The notes under the pieces: generated by a model | What the model was told of the DNA's origin: nothing | The model's database searches: none | The model's input: the letters and a program-made list of their open reading frames with translations, nothing else | Part shown: piece after piece, positions 18,625-29,267 of the stretch | Layout: every line of letters starts with the position of its first letter | Position numbering within the stretch: position 1 is the stretch's first letter | Source of the DNA: Acidobacteriota bacterium | Lineage (GTDB): Bacteria; Acidobacteriota; UBA890; WLXD01 | Length of the DNA: 64,000 nucleotides | Direction: 5' to 3' | Assembly (NCBI GenBank): GCA_963666215.2 | Contig: CAXWPL010000001.1 | Span: 1-64,000, forward strand | Translations under genes and position numbers: made by a program

Positions 18625-20627
18625 TGCTGCTGCCTCCGCTGTGCCGCCGTTGCACTCGGTCCCGCCGTCTCCACCTGGGCAGCCGGATCACCCGTCCCGA
18701 CTGTTTCGAGATAGGGCGTCAGAGCCTCGAGCTCGAGCTGTGCGGGTGAGACGCCGAAATACTCGGCGAGGATCTGACCGCCGATCGGCGCGGCCTCCCG
18801 CCCGCCTGAGCCCCCGTGCTCGAGGTACACCGCGATCGCCACCTGCGGATTGTCCGCGGGCGCGACGCCAACAAACCAAGCGTGGTCGCGCAGGTGCTCT
18901 GGTGTGCTCTCGAAGGTTTCGCCGGCTCGCGAGGCGGCGGCTACCTGGGCAGTTCCGGTCTTTCCGCCGATCGACAGGTGCGCGTTGCCGGCGCGCCGCG
19001 ACGTGCCTCGCGCCACCGACGCCGTCATCCCCTCCAGGAGCATCCGGCGCGTTTGCTCACTGAACTCCGCTGCCCGCGGGGTCACAGCAGGCGCGCGGCC
19101 CTGACCGCCGAACGAGGAGTCCTCGACGCCGAGCAGTAGGTGGGGCTGGATTCGAAACCCGGTGACGCCGGTCGCCGCCAGATGCGCCAGCTGCAGCGGG
19201 CTCACGGCCAGACGACCCTGGCCGATGGCCAGCGATACGGTCTCGCCGGGGTAGAACCGCAGGCCGCGGCTGGCGAGCCATTCATCACTCGGAACGATGC
19301 CTCCGTTCTCCTGCGGCAGATCGATCCCAGTGGCGGTGCCGAGTCCGAACGCTTGCGCCCAGCGGACGATCTTCTCGCGGCCCAGCTTCATGCCCAGCTC
19401 GTAGAAGAACGTGTTGCAGGATTGTGCGATCGCCTCGACGACGTTGACACTGCCGTGATGTCCCAAGCAGTTGTAGAAGCGCCCGTAGGCCTGCTTGCCG
19501 CCCGGACAGAAGAAAGTCGAGCTGCGACTGATGACGCCCTCCTCGAGGCCCGCCGTTGCCATCACGAGCTTGAAGATCGAGCCTGGAGGCAGCTCCGCCG
19601 CCAGCGCTCGGTTGAGCAGCGGCTTGGCGGGATCCTCGCTCAGCTCTGTCCATTGCTGTTGCGTGAAACGTGCTGCGAAGGAGTTGGGGTCGAAGGCGGG
19701 CGCGCTGACGAGCGCGAGCACGTCGCCGGTGTCGACCCCGAGGACCACGACAGCGCCGCGGCGCCCTTCCATGAGCTCCACGATGCGTCCCTGGAGCTGG
19801 CTGTCGAGGGTGAGCTGTACGTTGAGCCCGGGGTGGGGCGGCTCTTCCTCGAGGGTGACCATCTCACGCCCGATCGAGTTCACTACCGCCCGGCGCCAAC
19901 CCGAGCTGCCGGCCAGCTCGTCGGTGTACATGCGCTCGAGGCCGCTCTGGCCGACGATGTCGCCCATCCGATAGTCACCTGCCCAGGCCTGCAGCTGATC
20001 GGACGTGATCTCGCCCACATAGCCAAGTAGATGGGCGGCGCTGGCACCGTCCGGGTAGTCGCGGCGCGGCAGAACCTGCACAACCACGCCTGGGTGCTCA
20101 CGCCTGCGTGCCTCGATCCGAATTACTGTGCTTTGCGCTACGTCGTCGGCTATCACCACCGGCCGGAACCGGGGCCAATTGCGGTAGCGCTCTAGCCTTG
20201 CGGTGATCTCCTCTACGGGTTGCGCAAGAGCGCTCGCTAGCCATGTCAATTCGACGGCTAGGTCGTCGATGTCTTCGCGCACCACCGCGACGGCGTAGGC
20301 TGGCCGGTTTTCAGCGAGCACGACGCCATTGCGATCGAGTATCAAGCCGCGCGCCGGGGGCAGGCGAAACTGCTCGAGGCGGTTGGCGTCGGCCTGGGCC
20401 CGATACTGGGCGCTCTGGACGGCTTGCAACTGCCAGAATCCGAGAAGCAGCGAAGTAACGGCTACGACGACGCCCCACTCGAGTACCCACAAGCGGCGCT
20501 CGAGGCGTTCGCGATCCTGGGGTGTTTCGAGAGCCAACGGGTTGAGTCGGCGTCCGTCGCGCCTACCGGCCAGAGTCGCCCGCGTGCGAGCGCCTCTGTG
20601 CTTCGAACGCAAGAAGTCGCTAGCCAT
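18621..20627 (-). CDS. mrdA: Penicillin-binding protein 2
   Basis: RGLILDRNG, PGSIFK (SxxK), SCN and KTGT motifs; lies in the mre operon. Confidence 0.95.
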   Translation of the reverse strand: MASDFLRSKHRGARTRATLAGRRDGRRLNPLALETPQDRERLERRLWVLEWGVVVAVTSLLLGFWQLQAVQSAQYRAQADANRLEQFRLPPARGLILDRNGVVLAENRPAYAVAVVREDIDDLAVELTWLASALAQPVEEITARLERYRNWPRFRPVVIADDVAQSTVIRIEARRREHPGVVVQVLPRRDYPDGASAAHLLGYVGEITSDQLQAWAGDYRMGDIVGQSGLERMYTDELAGSSGWRRAVVNSIGREMVTLEEEPPHPGLNVQLTLDSQLQGRIVELMEGRRGAVVVLGVDTGDVLALVSAPAFDPNSFAARFTQQQWTELSEDPAKPLLNRALAAELPPGSIFKLVMATAGLEEGVISRSSTFFCPGGKQAYGRFYNCLGHHGSVNVVEAIAQSCNTFFYELGMKLGREKIVRWAQAFGLGTATGIDLPQENGGIVPSDEWLASRGLRFYPGETVSLAIGQGRLAVSPLQLAHLAATGVTGFRIQPHLLLGVEDSSFGGQGRAPAVTPRAAEFSEQTRRMLLEGMTASVARGTSRRAGNAHLSIGGKTGTAQVAAASRAGETFESTPEHLRDHAWFVGVAPADNPQVAIAVYLEHGGSGGREAAPIGGQILAEYFGVSPAQLELEALTPYLETVGTGDPAAQVETAGPSATAAQRRQQQ

Positions 20628-20700
20628 CAGGAAGCACAGCTTTCGATGCACGGTGCCGCAGGCGGGATAGCACCCCGCGTCACGGCGTCGCGGCGGGCAG

Positions 20701-21204
20701 TCATCGGTGCAGGCTCGGTAGTCGGCCCCGCCAACGCTGCCAGCGGGCCTGGAAGGCGTTCCACGCCACGAAGAAAAAGATCGCGAACAGGGCTGTGGCC
20801 ACACCTCGGAGCAAGATAGCCGGTATCGTGACGTTCGTCGGGCGGCCGAGAAAAGCCGCCAGCAACGTGACGATAGTGCTCTCGACGACCGTTGCCGCGC
20901 CGATCAAGAGCCCCTCCGCGAGCACGTCGCGCACGATCAGTGCCGCGCCCAACGCTGCTACAGATCCAGTGACCGCGACCTTGGCGAACGCGTGCATCCC
21001 CAGCACGCCGCCCGACAACCCATCTTGCAGCAGCCCGGCGGCCCCGCCGATGAGCAACGCTCCGTGGAACTCGGACCGCAGCGCCAGATGGACAGCCGCG
21101 ATCAGCAGCAGGTCGAACTGACCGAGGGGCGTCCATAGCGGCCCGAGCGTGGTTTGCACGGTGGCCACAGCTGCCAGCAGCAAGAGAGATCGCAGCGCGG
21201 CCAC
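20701..21204 (-). CDS. mreD: Rod shape-determining protein MreD
   Basis: Hydrophobic 167-aa protein with GLLQDGLSGGVLG, located between mreC and mrdA. Confidence 0.88.
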   Translation of the reverse strand: MAALRSLLLLAAVATVQTTLGPLWTPLGQFDLLLIAAVHLALRSEFHGALLIGGAAGLLQDGLSGGVLGMHAFAKVAVTGSVAALGAALIVRDVLAEGLLIGAATVVESTIVTLLAAFLGRPTNVTIPAILLRGVATALFAIFFFVAWNAFQARWQRWRGRLPSLHR

Positions 21205-21210
21205 GGGAGA

Positions 21211-22074
21211 TCAAGTGGTCGGGTCGAGGATCAAGACTTGTTCCACGCGTTGCACGTCCACCAGCGGAGTAACGACGATGTCGAGAAAGAGCGCCGACTC
21301 GTCGCGCGCCAGCGGCACGAGTGGTGTGCCCGGTATGGGCGGCCCGGCGGCGAACGATCTTACGCGGCCGAGCGGCAGGCCGGGAGGGTAGATGCCGTCT
21401 TCGCCAGAGGTGATGACTCCCTCTCCGACGGAAGGCGCCTGGTGCGTTTCGATGTAGCGCAGCTCGAGGTGTGGCCCGTTGAGTCCCGCGATGAGGCCGG
21501 TCGAACGAGAGTCGGCCAGCCGTGCCCCGACACCACTCAAAGGGTCGGTGATCAGCTGCACCATGCTGGTCAGCGAGCCGAGCTGAATCACACGGCCAAT
21601 GAGCCCGCCGTCGGGGGACAGGACGACCGTGTCCAACATCACGCCGTCGAGACTGCCACGATCGATCGTGAGCGCTTCGTAACGATGGCCGAAGTCGCGC
21701 GCGATTACGCGCGCGCCGGTCGAGGACGTTCGTGTGGCCGCTCGCAGGCCGGCGAGCTCTCGCAGCCGCGGGGTCGCACGGGCCTCCTCTCGGAGGCGGG
21801 CGTTCTCGCGCTCGAGGACAGCCATCCGAGACCGCAGTCGGTCGCGATCTGCGATCGATGCGCGCATATCGCCGTAGCCTCGCACCGTGCCTGAGATTCT
21901 GCCCCACGCCGTGCCCAGCACGCGTTGGAGAGGCGACATCGCGCCGAAGACAACACCGCGCGCCGTCGACAGAGTACTCGCGCTGTTGACCTGCCACGAC
22001 ATCATCAGCAGGAGAAATATGAGCACGCCGAACAGCAGCGCCGCGTTACGAGCTCCCTGTCCTAGCGCTTGCAC
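21211..22074 (-). CDS. mreC: Rod shape-determining protein MreC
   Basis: TM plus coiled coil; TIDRGSLDGV, GLIGRV and TSGEDGIYPPG. Confidence 0.93.
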   Translation of the reverse strand: MQALGQGARNAALLFGVLIFLLLMMSWQVNSASTLSTARGVVFGAMSPLQRVLGTAWGRISGTVRGYGDMRASIADRDRLRSRMAVLERENARLREEARATPRLRELAGLRAATRTSSTGARVIARDFGHRYEALTIDRGSLDGVMLDTVVLSPDGGLIGRVIQLGSLTSMVQLITDPLSGVGARLADSRSTGLIAGLNGPHLELRYIETHQAPSVGEGVITSGEDGIYPPGLPLGRVRSFAAGPPIPGTPLVPLARDESALFLDIVVTPLVDVQRVEQVLILDPTT

Positions 22075-22092
22075 CTTCCGCTCCCCCGTCCG

Positions 22093-23118
22093 CTACGGCC
22101 GGCAGACTCGCCGCAGCAGATCGATGTCGTCGAGGACACGCCCGACACCCAGCACCACGGTCGACAGGGGATCTTCGGTGATCGTGACCGGTACCCCGGT
22201 CTCCTCGCGTAGTCGCACATCGAGGTTGCGGATGAGCGCTCCCCCTCCGGTGAGAACGATCCCCTTGTCGAGGAAGTCGGCCGACAACTCTGGCGGTGTT
22301 CGTTCCAGCGCCATGCGCACGGCTTCGACGATCATGCCGATCGGCTTGCTGAGCGCTTCACGCACTTCGCGGTCCGTGATGGTGATCGTCTTCGGGACCC
22401 CTTCAACGAGATCGCGCCCCTTGATGTCCATCGTCAGCTCTTCGTCGAGGGGGTAGGCCGAGCCGACCTGGATCTTGATTTGTTCGGAGGTGCGCTCGCC
22501 GATGAGCAAATTGTAGTTGCGCTTGATGTAGTTGATGATCGCCTCATCGAGCTCGTTGCCACCTACACGGATCGATCGCGAGTAGACGATTCCGGCCATC
22601 GAGATTACGGCGACGTCGGTGGTGCCGCCACCGATATCGACGATCAAGTTTCCGGACGGCTCTGTGATGGGCAGGCCGGCACCGATCGCCGCCGACATCG
22701 CTTCCTCTATGAGGTACACCTCCGACGCTTTGGCGCGGTAGGCGGTGTCGCGGACGGCTCGCTCCTCAACCTTGGTGATACCGCTCGGAACGCCGATCAC
22801 GATCCTCGGTCGCACGAGAACCCGGCGGTTGTGTACCCGCTGGATGAAGTACGACAGCATCTGTTCGGTGACCTCGAAGTCCGCGATGACGCCGTCCTTG
22901 AGGGGTCGCACAGCCACGATGTGTCCCGGCGTGCGACCGAGCATCTCCTTCGCCTCGGTGCCGACCGCCACGACCTTGTTCGTGTTCTTATTGATCGCGA
23001 CAATCGACGGTTCGCGTACCACTACCCCTCTGTTGGCCATGAACACGAGCGTGTTGGAGGTGCCGAGGTCGATCGCGATGTCGTTCGAGAAGAGCGACCA
23101 GAAGGAAAATCGGCTCAT
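22093..23118 (-). CDS. mreB: Actin-like protein MreB
   Basis: IAIDLGTSNT, RPLKDGVIADF, VDIGGGTTD and LTGGGAL. Confidence 0.97.
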   Translation of the reverse strand: MSRFSFWSLFSNDIAIDLGTSNTLVFMANRGVVVREPSIVAINKNTNKVVAVGTEAKEMLGRTPGHIVAVRPLKDGVIADFEVTEQMLSYFIQRVHNRRVLVRPRIVIGVPSGITKVEERAVRDTAYRAKASEVYLIEEAMSAAIGAGLPITEPSGNLIVDIGGGTTDVAVISMAGIVYSRSIRVGGNELDEAIINYIKRNYNLLIGERTSEQIKIQVGSAYPLDEELTMDIKGRDLVEGVPKTITITDREVREALSKPIGMIVEAVRMALERTPPELSADFLDKGIVLTGGGALIRNLDVRLREETGVPVTITEDPLSTVVLGVGRVLDDIDLLRRVCRP

Positions 23119-23587
23119 GTGATGTGCTCGAGCGCGAACCTCACCGTCGCCCGTGGCGGAGGTCGAAAGCCCGGGCGCTTCCGGGACAGGGCAACCGCGT
23201 CGGGCGCCGCACAAGTGGAGGTTTGCTGTAACGGGCTACGAGAAACTACGGCGATCAGTTGACGATTTGTCCACCGTTCACCGGCTAGGGGCACTGCTGC
23301 AGTCCGGTTATCGACGGTCATCAACAACACGGATCACTTGCGAGCGCCCGCCGCCGCTGGGTCTGAAGAGGCAACAATCGCCCGCAAGTCGCGATTCTAG
23401 CATGGGTTGCGGCGATCCGAGTCGCCGCTGCGATGCCTCTTGACCGCTCGTGGCCGGGTGGTGGGCGCTTGTCGCGGACGGTCCGCTGTCGATACGATGT
23501 GGGCCTTCTTCCTGGCCGGCGGCACGGGCGCTCCAAAAGGGGTGCGGCCGCCAGCCACCTTCCCGAATCCGCCGGAGGTTCGGTTCC

Positions 23588-25495
23588 TTGCTGCCTACCC
23601 TGCGCCGTAACGTACGTCGCCTGTCGTGGACGCTATGGCTGGTCATCGCCGCGTTCATCATCCTTTACATCCCCGACATGATTGGCGGCGGCGCCGCCAA
23701 CGCGGTCGCGCGGGTCGATGGCGGCTCGATTACTTCGGAGGAGTTCCGTCGCGCCCTCAACGAGCGCATCGCGTTCTACCGAAACCTGAATCAGGGAGAG
23801 CTCTCGGACGAGATGCTGCGCCAATTGCAAATCGAGCGCACCGTTCTCGAGCAGCTCATCCAGCGTCGCCTGATCCTGGCAGCCGCCCGCGACCAGGGAC
23901 TCAGCATTGCGCCGCAGGAAGTCCGCGATCGTGCGATGCAGTACCCCGTCTTTCGCGACGAGGACGGCCACTGGATTGGTGACGTGGAGTACCGCGAAAT
24001 CCTGACGCGCAACGCCGTCGACGTTGCGACGTTCGAGCAGGGACTCATCGAGGACCTCTTGGTAGAGCGCCTCACCGCGTTGATTGCTGACGCGGTCGAG
24101 GTGGGCGACACGGAGCTCGAGCAGCTCTACCAGCGGCAGCAAGAGCGCGTCAGCTTCGAGTACATCCAGATTCGGCCGACGGCTTTCGAGATCGAGGTCG
24201 AGTCGGACGCCAACGCCGCGCGATTGCGCAGCCGCTTCGAGGCAGAGCCCGATGCCTACCGCGTGGCCGAGCAGCGACGAGTGAGCTTTTTGATCGCCGA
24301 CACCGAGAAGCTTCGAGACGAGACGGTCATCGAGGAGGCCGAGGCACGCGCCAGGTACGAAGAGAACATCGTCGAGTACACGACGCCCGAGCAGATCAAG
24401 GCGCGTCAGATTCTCTTTCGCGTGTCCCCGGGCCTGGACGATGACGGCAAAGCAGAGGTGCAGCGCGCGGCGGAGGCCGCGCTGGCGAGGCTCGAGGCGG
24501 GGGCCGACTTTGGTGCTCTGGCAGAGGAGCTGTCCGACGACGCGTCGGGCAGCGCTGGCGGCGATTTGGGCTGGGTGAGTCGCGGCCGACAGGTCGAAGG
24601 TTTCGACGACGCCGCCTTCGCGCTCGAACCGGGCGAGTTGTCAGCGGTCTTCGAGACTCCCTTCGGCTACACGATCGCGCGTGTCGACGAGCAACGCGAT
24701 GCGGAGGTTCGTCCGTTCGAGCTCGAGCGTGGCCGTATTGAGAACACCATGGCCTGGGAACGCGCCGAGGGGCGTGCAACCAGCGTGTCGGAGGACCTAC
24801 GGCGAGAGGCGTTGGGTGGCGCCAGCCTCGAGGATCTCGCTGCCGCGCACGGCCTCGAAGTGCAGCAGAGCGACCTCTTTACCCAGCAGGCCGGATTCGG
24901 CGAGCTCACGTCGGCTGACTTCACGAGCCGGGTCTTCGCCCTTGGCGAGGGCAGGGTGTCGGAGCCACTGCGCGTGCGTGTCGGCTACGTGGTCTTCAGG
25001 GTCGATCAAACTCGTGCGCCTCACACGCCGGCCTTCGAGGAGGTCGAAGAAAGTGTGCGTGAGGATGTGATCGCGGACCTCGCCGCCGAGCGGGCCGCGG
25101 AGGTCGCGGCAGGCTACGCGCGCCGACTCACGGCAGGTGAGGAACTTGCCGTGTTGGCCGCTGAGGCTGCGACGACGGTCGAGAACGCCGAGTTGGCGAC
25201 TCGAGACGGTTCGATTCCGGCGCTCGGACGTGCACCACAGCTGCTTCTCGGGGCGTTCGAGCGGGCGGCCGGCGAAGCGGGCGAGCCGGTCGAGGTCGAC
25301 GGTCGCCACATTGTCTATCGGGTTACGGAGCACCAACAACCCGACTGGAGCCTGTTCTCGACGCAGAGCGATGCGCTTCGCGAAGAGAAGCTCAATGAGC
25401 GTCGCAACGAACTCTTCGAAGCCTACTTGGGGGAGCTGCGCACCCGCTACTCGGTGCGCGTGTACGACGAGGTGCTCGAGCTGGCTTCGCGCTAG
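23588..25495 (+). CDS. PpiD/SurA-like membrane-anchored parvulin PPIase chaperone
   Basis: GGAGG RBS and TTG at 23588; N-terminal TM, SurA-N-like region, and the rotamase pattern ARQIL..DFGALAEELSDD..GGDLGW..FETPFGY. Confidence 0.88.
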   Translation: MLPTLRRNVRRLSWTLWLVIAAFIILYIPDMIGGGAANAVARVDGGSITSEEFRRALNERIAFYRNLNQGELSDEMLRQLQIERTVLEQLIQRRLILAAARDQGLSIAPQEVRDRAMQYPVFRDEDGHWIGDVEYREILTRNAVDVATFEQGLIEDLLVERLTALIADAVEVGDTELEQLYQRQQERVSFEYIQIRPTAFEIEVESDANAARLRSRFEAEPDAYRVAEQRRVSFLIADTEKLRDETVIEEAEARARYEENIVEYTTPEQIKARQILFRVSPGLDDDGKAEVQRAAEAALARLEAGADFGALAEELSDDASGSAGGDLGWVSRGRQVEGFDDAAFALEPGELSAVFETPFGYTIARVDEQRDAEVRPFELERGRIENTMAWERAEGRATSVSEDLRREALGGASLEDLAAAHGLEVQQSDLFTQQAGFGELTSADFTSRVFALGEGRVSEPLRVRVGYVVFRVDQTRAPHTPAFEEVEESVREDVIADLAAERAAEVAAGYARRLTAGEELAVLAAEAATTVENAELATRDGSIPALGRAPQLLLGAFERAAGEAGEPVEVDGRHIVYRVTEHQQPDWSLFSTQSDALREEKLNERRNELFEAYLGELRTRYSVRVYDEVLELASR

Positions 25496-25584
25496 CGCGT
25501 AGGGTCGACTCGCGCCTCGGCACAGCTGGCGTCGAGGCGCCCGGTCGTGCCGAGTTGGCGGCTGCCGGGCTTGCGGGCGTGTGA

Positions 25585-25869
25585 CTAGCTTGCGCGTCCA
25601 GGTGCCGCTGCGCTTGCCACCGGCTCGCCCAGGCCCTCATGGTCGAGGAGCCATTCGTTGACACGCCGGCGGCTGAAGCGCCACTGTTTGGCCACCTTGG
25701 TGCAGGGGATCGAGCCGTCGCGCACCATCCGATAAACCGTGGAGCGGTGGACGCGTAGGTACTGCGCGACCTCATCCAGCGTCAGGATGTCGTGCCCGAC
25801 CGGGCTTGTGCCGGGATCTGTAGCCTGGCTTCGGTCGGCGTGCTCAAATGACTTTTGGTGTGCTGCCAT
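25585..25869 (-). CDS. Excisionase/BldC-like HTH (HTH_17-type) DNA-binding protein #1
   Basis: ILTLDEVAQYLRVHRSTVYRMVRDGSIPCTKVAKQWRFS. Confidence 0.9.
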   Translation of the reverse strand: MAAHQKSFEHADRSQATDPGTSPVGHDILTLDEVAQYLRVHRSTVYRMVRDGSIPCTKVAKQWRFSRRRVNEWLLDHEGLGEPVASAAAPGRAS

Positions 25870-25916
25870 ATGGATATCTATCTATTGTAGTGTTTGAACA
25901 TTCTAGAGTAGGTAAA

Positions 25917-25945
25917 AATATAGCACTCTGTCTTATGGTCGGCAA
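25917..25945 (-). promoter_or_regulatory. Candidate sigma70 promoter of HTH #1
   Basis: TTGCCG-17 nt-TATATT with an extended TG, inside an AT-rich patch. Confidence 0.55.
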
Positions 25946-26070
25946 AGAGAAACAATTCTGCGCGCGCGTTTGACCGAATCGCGATGTCTGCCTAAGATCC
26001 AGCAGCGAGACACCCTCCGCGCGGAAGGCAGCGCAGCGAAGCCCCTCGGAAAACCCAGCGAGCACGGCTC

Positions 26071-26823
26071 GTGGCCGAAATGAACGTTGAGCGCCTCGCC
26101 GACCATCTCGAGGGCTGGCTGCGCGAAGAGGTAGAATCGGCCGGCTGCGCCGGCGTAGTCTTCGGGCTCTCGGGAGGCATCGACTCCGCCACGGTGGCGG
26201 TGCTCGCTCGACGCGCCTTTCGCGACAATCACCTGGCGCTGATTCTTCCCGTGCATTCCGACCCTCGCGACGCCCAGGATGCTCGCCTGATCGTCGGGGA
26301 GTTCGGCCTACGCTCGCGCGAGATCGTGCTCGACGGCGTCTACGATCAGTTCCTGGCGGCTCTTGGCGTGGAGCCACCAGCGCCAGATGCGCAGCCCGAC
26401 GTCGCGCTAGCCAACCTCAAGCCGCGGTTGCGTATGGCGACGCTCTACTACTGGGCTGCGAGGCTCGGCTTTCTGGTGGTAGGAACCGGTAATCGCTCCG
26501 AGCTGTCGCTAGGGTATTTCACCAAGCATGGTGATGGCGGCGTCGACCTGGTTCCCTTGGGGCACCTGGTGAAGGCAGACGTTCGCGAGCTGGCGATCCA
26601 CCTCGGGATCCCCCAGTCGATCGTGGCCAAGCCGCCTTCGGCAGGTATCTGGCGTGGGCAAACCGACGAGCAGGAGCTCGGTTTTACCTACGACGCACTC
26701 GATGAGTACTTGTTGGCGGGGACCGGCGAGCCCGAGTTGGCCGCCAAGGTCGATGCTCTCCGGAGGCGCAACGCCCATAAGCTGCGGACGCCGAAGATGC
26801 CGCCGCCCACACCCGCTGCCTGA
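26071..26823 (+). CDS. nadE: NH3-dependent NAD+ synthetase
   Basis: GLSGGIDS, NLKPRLRM, GTGNRSE..GYFTKHGDG and KPPSAG. Confidence 0.95.
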   Translation: MAEMNVERLADHLEGWLREEVESAGCAGVVFGLSGGIDSATVAVLARRAFRDNHLALILPVHSDPRDAQDARLIVGEFGLRSREIVLDGVYDQFLAALGVEPPAPDAQPDVALANLKPRLRMATLYYWAARLGFLVVGTGNRSELSLGYFTKHGDGGVDLVPLGHLVKADVRELAIHLGIPQSIVAKPPSAGIWRGQTDEQELGFTYDALDEYLLAGTGEPELAAKVDALRRRNAHKLRTPKMPPPTPAA

Positions 26824-26827
26824 GCCG

Positions 26828-27481
26828 GTGTCGGGCCCGGTCGAAACGACGAATTCCGCTGCCCAGAGCTTGTCAGGACCTGGTGCGAACGTCGCCGCAG
26901 ACGGAGGTCGTGGCGACGACACGCTTGTTGTCGACGCCAATGGCTATCTCGCGGACTGTTTCCGACTGGCGCGGCGGATCTGGGACGACGGCTATCGGCC
27001 CGACTTTCTGATCGCGCTGTGGCGTGGGGGGGCACCCCCGGGCATCGTGATCCACGAGTACTTTCGGTCGCAGGGACACGATCCTTACCACACCGCAATC
27101 CGCACACGCTCGCTGGAGAGCGTCCGTGGAGCCGGTGGCTTCGACATCAAGGGGCTCGAGCATGTTATCGACGCCGTCGATGCCGAGCATCGCCTGCTGA
27201 TCGTCGACGACCTGTTCGACACCGGCAGAACGGTTCACGAAGTGATCGACTACCTTGACCGTCGAGCCCGCCGCAACATGCCGGAGATTCGCAGCGCCGC
27301 GGTCTACTTCCGGCCGGCCCGTCGCAGTTTCTTGGTCGGACCGCATTACTATCTTCACGCGGTCGACGCGAAGCCGATTTTTCCGCACCGCGTCTCGGAA
27401 ATGAGCCAGCCGCGGCTACGAGTCGTCGATCCCCAGTTGCACCGGATCCTCTATGGCTCCGTGACGGAGGAAAACCGATGA
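26828..27481 (+). CDS. Type I phosphoribosyltransferase (purine PRT-like; start uncertain)
   Basis: PDFLIALWRGG and the PRPP-binding LLIVDDLFDTGRT motif. Confidence 0.85.
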   Translation: MSGPVETTNSAAQSLSGPGANVAADGGRGDDTLVVDANGYLADCFRLARRIWDDGYRPDFLIALWRGGAPPGIVIHEYFRSQGHDPYHTAIRTRSLESVRGAGGFDIKGLEHVIDAVDAEHRLLIVDDLFDTGRTVHEVIDYLDRRARRNMPEIRSAAVYFRPARRSFLVGPHYYLHAVDAKPIFPHRVSEMSQPRLRVVDPQLHRILYGSVTEENR

Positions 27482-28956
27482 GTCGAGGCGTGACTTCCCG
27501 TGGGCCGAGCGCGCGCAATGCGAGCCTGGCGTTGGCTTGTTTGATGGCGCTGGTCGCGATTGCGTGTGCCGTCAACCCGGTGACGGGACGGCGTGAGCTC
27601 TTGCTGCTCAGCGAATCCGACGAGATCGAGCTCGGCCGTCAGAACGACGAGCAGATTGTTGCCCAGCTGGGCCTGTACGACGACCCCGAGCTCGCAGAGT
27701 GGATCAACCAAATCGGCCAGCGAATGGCTGCGGCCAGCGAGCGGCCGCAACTGCCGTGGACTTTCCGGGTGCTCGATGATCCCACCGTCAACGCTTTTGC
27801 GCTCCCCGGAGGGTTCGTGTACATGACGCGCGGGATCCTCGCCTACATGACCAGCGAGGCCGAGGCCGTGGGTGTGCTTGGCCACGAGATCGGGCATGTG
27901 ACCGCGCGTCACGGGGCGCAGCGCTACACCAGCGCGAGCTTGGCGCAGCTCGGGCTTGGCGTGGGCAGTGTGCTGTCGTCGGAGGTGCGGGCGCTGGGCG
28001 GCGCTTTGCAAACCGGACTCGGGCTGCTCTTCCTCAAGTTCGGCCGCGACGACGAGCGCCAGGCCGATGAGCTCGGAGTGCGATACGCGGTCAACGCCGG
28101 GTACGACGCCCGGTCGCTTGCAGGCTTCTTCCGTACCATCCAGCGGCTGGGCGATTCCGGCGGTGGGCGGGTGCCCAGTTGGCTTTCCACCCACCCCGAT
28201 CCGGCCGATCGCGTGGAGAGCGTGCTGGCGCAAGCCGCACCGCTAGTTGCCGGGCGTAACGATCTGACCGTCGCACGAGACGAGCATCTGAGGCGGGTCG
28301 ATGGAGTCGTCTTTGGCGCCAATCCACGTGAGGGCGTCGTTATCGAGGGCACTTTCAAGCATCCCGATCTCGGCTTTCAGCTCGAGTTTCCCAACGGCTG
28401 GCCGCTGAGCAACGGTAAGACAGCAGTCGTCGCTCAGTCTGGCGAGCGTGATGCGCTCCTGCAATTGACGCTCTCGAACCCGCAGTCGGGGCAGTCTCTG
28501 TCGCAGTACGCCCTCGCTGTGGTGGAGGCCCGCAACGGCACCTCCGTACGTGGTCGCGATCTCCGCGTTTCGTCGTTTCCGGCCTACGAGGTGGAGTACG
28601 AGGTCGAAACGCAGGGCGCCGGCCCACTCAGAGTGGTGGACCTGTTCGTGTCTTATGGCGGCAACACCTACGATCTGGCCGGTGCAGCGCGACGCGCGGC
28701 GTTCGCCGGATATGCGAACACGATCGCCCGTGCCCAGCGAAGCTTCCGATCGTTGCCGCAAGGTGAGCGCGACGCGCTCAAGCCGGATCGTCTTCAGGTG
28801 CTGAGCGCGCGTGGTAGCGGCCCGCTGACGGAAGCGTTGGCAGGTCGACCCCACGCCGTACCGATCGAGACTCTCGCGCTCATCAACGGGATCGGTGTCG
28901 AGGAGCTATTGCCGGCGGGCCTGTTCAAGAACGTGTTGCCAGGCTATCAGCGTTAA
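27478..28956 (+). CDS. M48 family metalloprotease lipoprotein (BepA/YfgC-like N-terminal domain)
   Basis: Lipobox AIAC, NPVTGR, VNAFALPGG, GHEIGH, ERQAD and STHP. Confidence 0.9.
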   Translation: MSRGVTSRGPSARNASLALACLMALVAIACAVNPVTGRRELLLLSESDEIELGRQNDEQIVAQLGLYDDPELAEWINQIGQRMAAASERPQLPWTFRVLDDPTVNAFALPGGFVYMTRGILAYMTSEAEAVGVLGHEIGHVTARHGAQRYTSASLAQLGLGVGSVLSSEVRALGGALQTGLGLLFLKFGRDDERQADELGVRYAVNAGYDARSLAGFFRTIQRLGDSGGGRVPSWLSTHPDPADRVESVLAQAAPLVAGRNDLTVARDEHLRRVDGVVFGANPREGVVIEGTFKHPDLGFQLEFPNGWPLSNGKTAVVAQSGERDALLQLTLSNPQSGQSLSQYALAVVEARNGTSVRGRDLRVSSFPAYEVEYEVETQGAGPLRVVDLFVSYGGNTYDLAGAARRAAFAGYANTIARAQRSFRSLPQGERDALKPDRLQVLSARGSGPLTEALAGRPHAVPIETLALINGIGVEELLPAGLFKNVLPGYQR

Positions 28957-28986
28957 GGTAGCTGCCCTGGCACTCGGGCCGTCGTG

Positions 28987-29187
28987 TTACTCGGCCTCCG
29001 CAAGTCGCTGCTGTTCTTCGAACCAGGCAACCAGCCTGTCTTTCTTGAAGCGCCACTGACCGGCGACTTTGTTGCCGGGGAGCTTCCCCTCGCGCGCCAT
29101 CCGATACACGGTCGACTTGTGTAGGCGGAGGTACTTAGCGACCTCCTCCAGTGTCATGATCGTCGGTCGCGTTTCGCGATCGGCCAT
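28987..29187 (-). CDS. Excisionase/BldC-like HTH protein #2
   Basis: GGAGG RBS; IMTLEEVAKYLRLHKSTVYRMAREGKLPGNKVAGQWRFK. Confidence 0.9.
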   Translation of the reverse strand: MADRETRPTIMTLEEVAKYLRLHKSTVYRMAREGKLPGNKVAGQWRFKKDRLVAWFEEQQRLAEAE

Positions 29188-29267
29188 TGAGATTCCTCCC
29201 CTGCCCAAGAATTCCTTCATCACAGGTGTTTCCAAGTCATCAGAATCGATACTTATAACGTCGGTAG

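Noticed and set aside
23119-23587. ncRNA in the mreB/ppiD divergent intergenic region
   Set aside because: It is explained by divergent promoters and leaders; no recognisable RNA motif.
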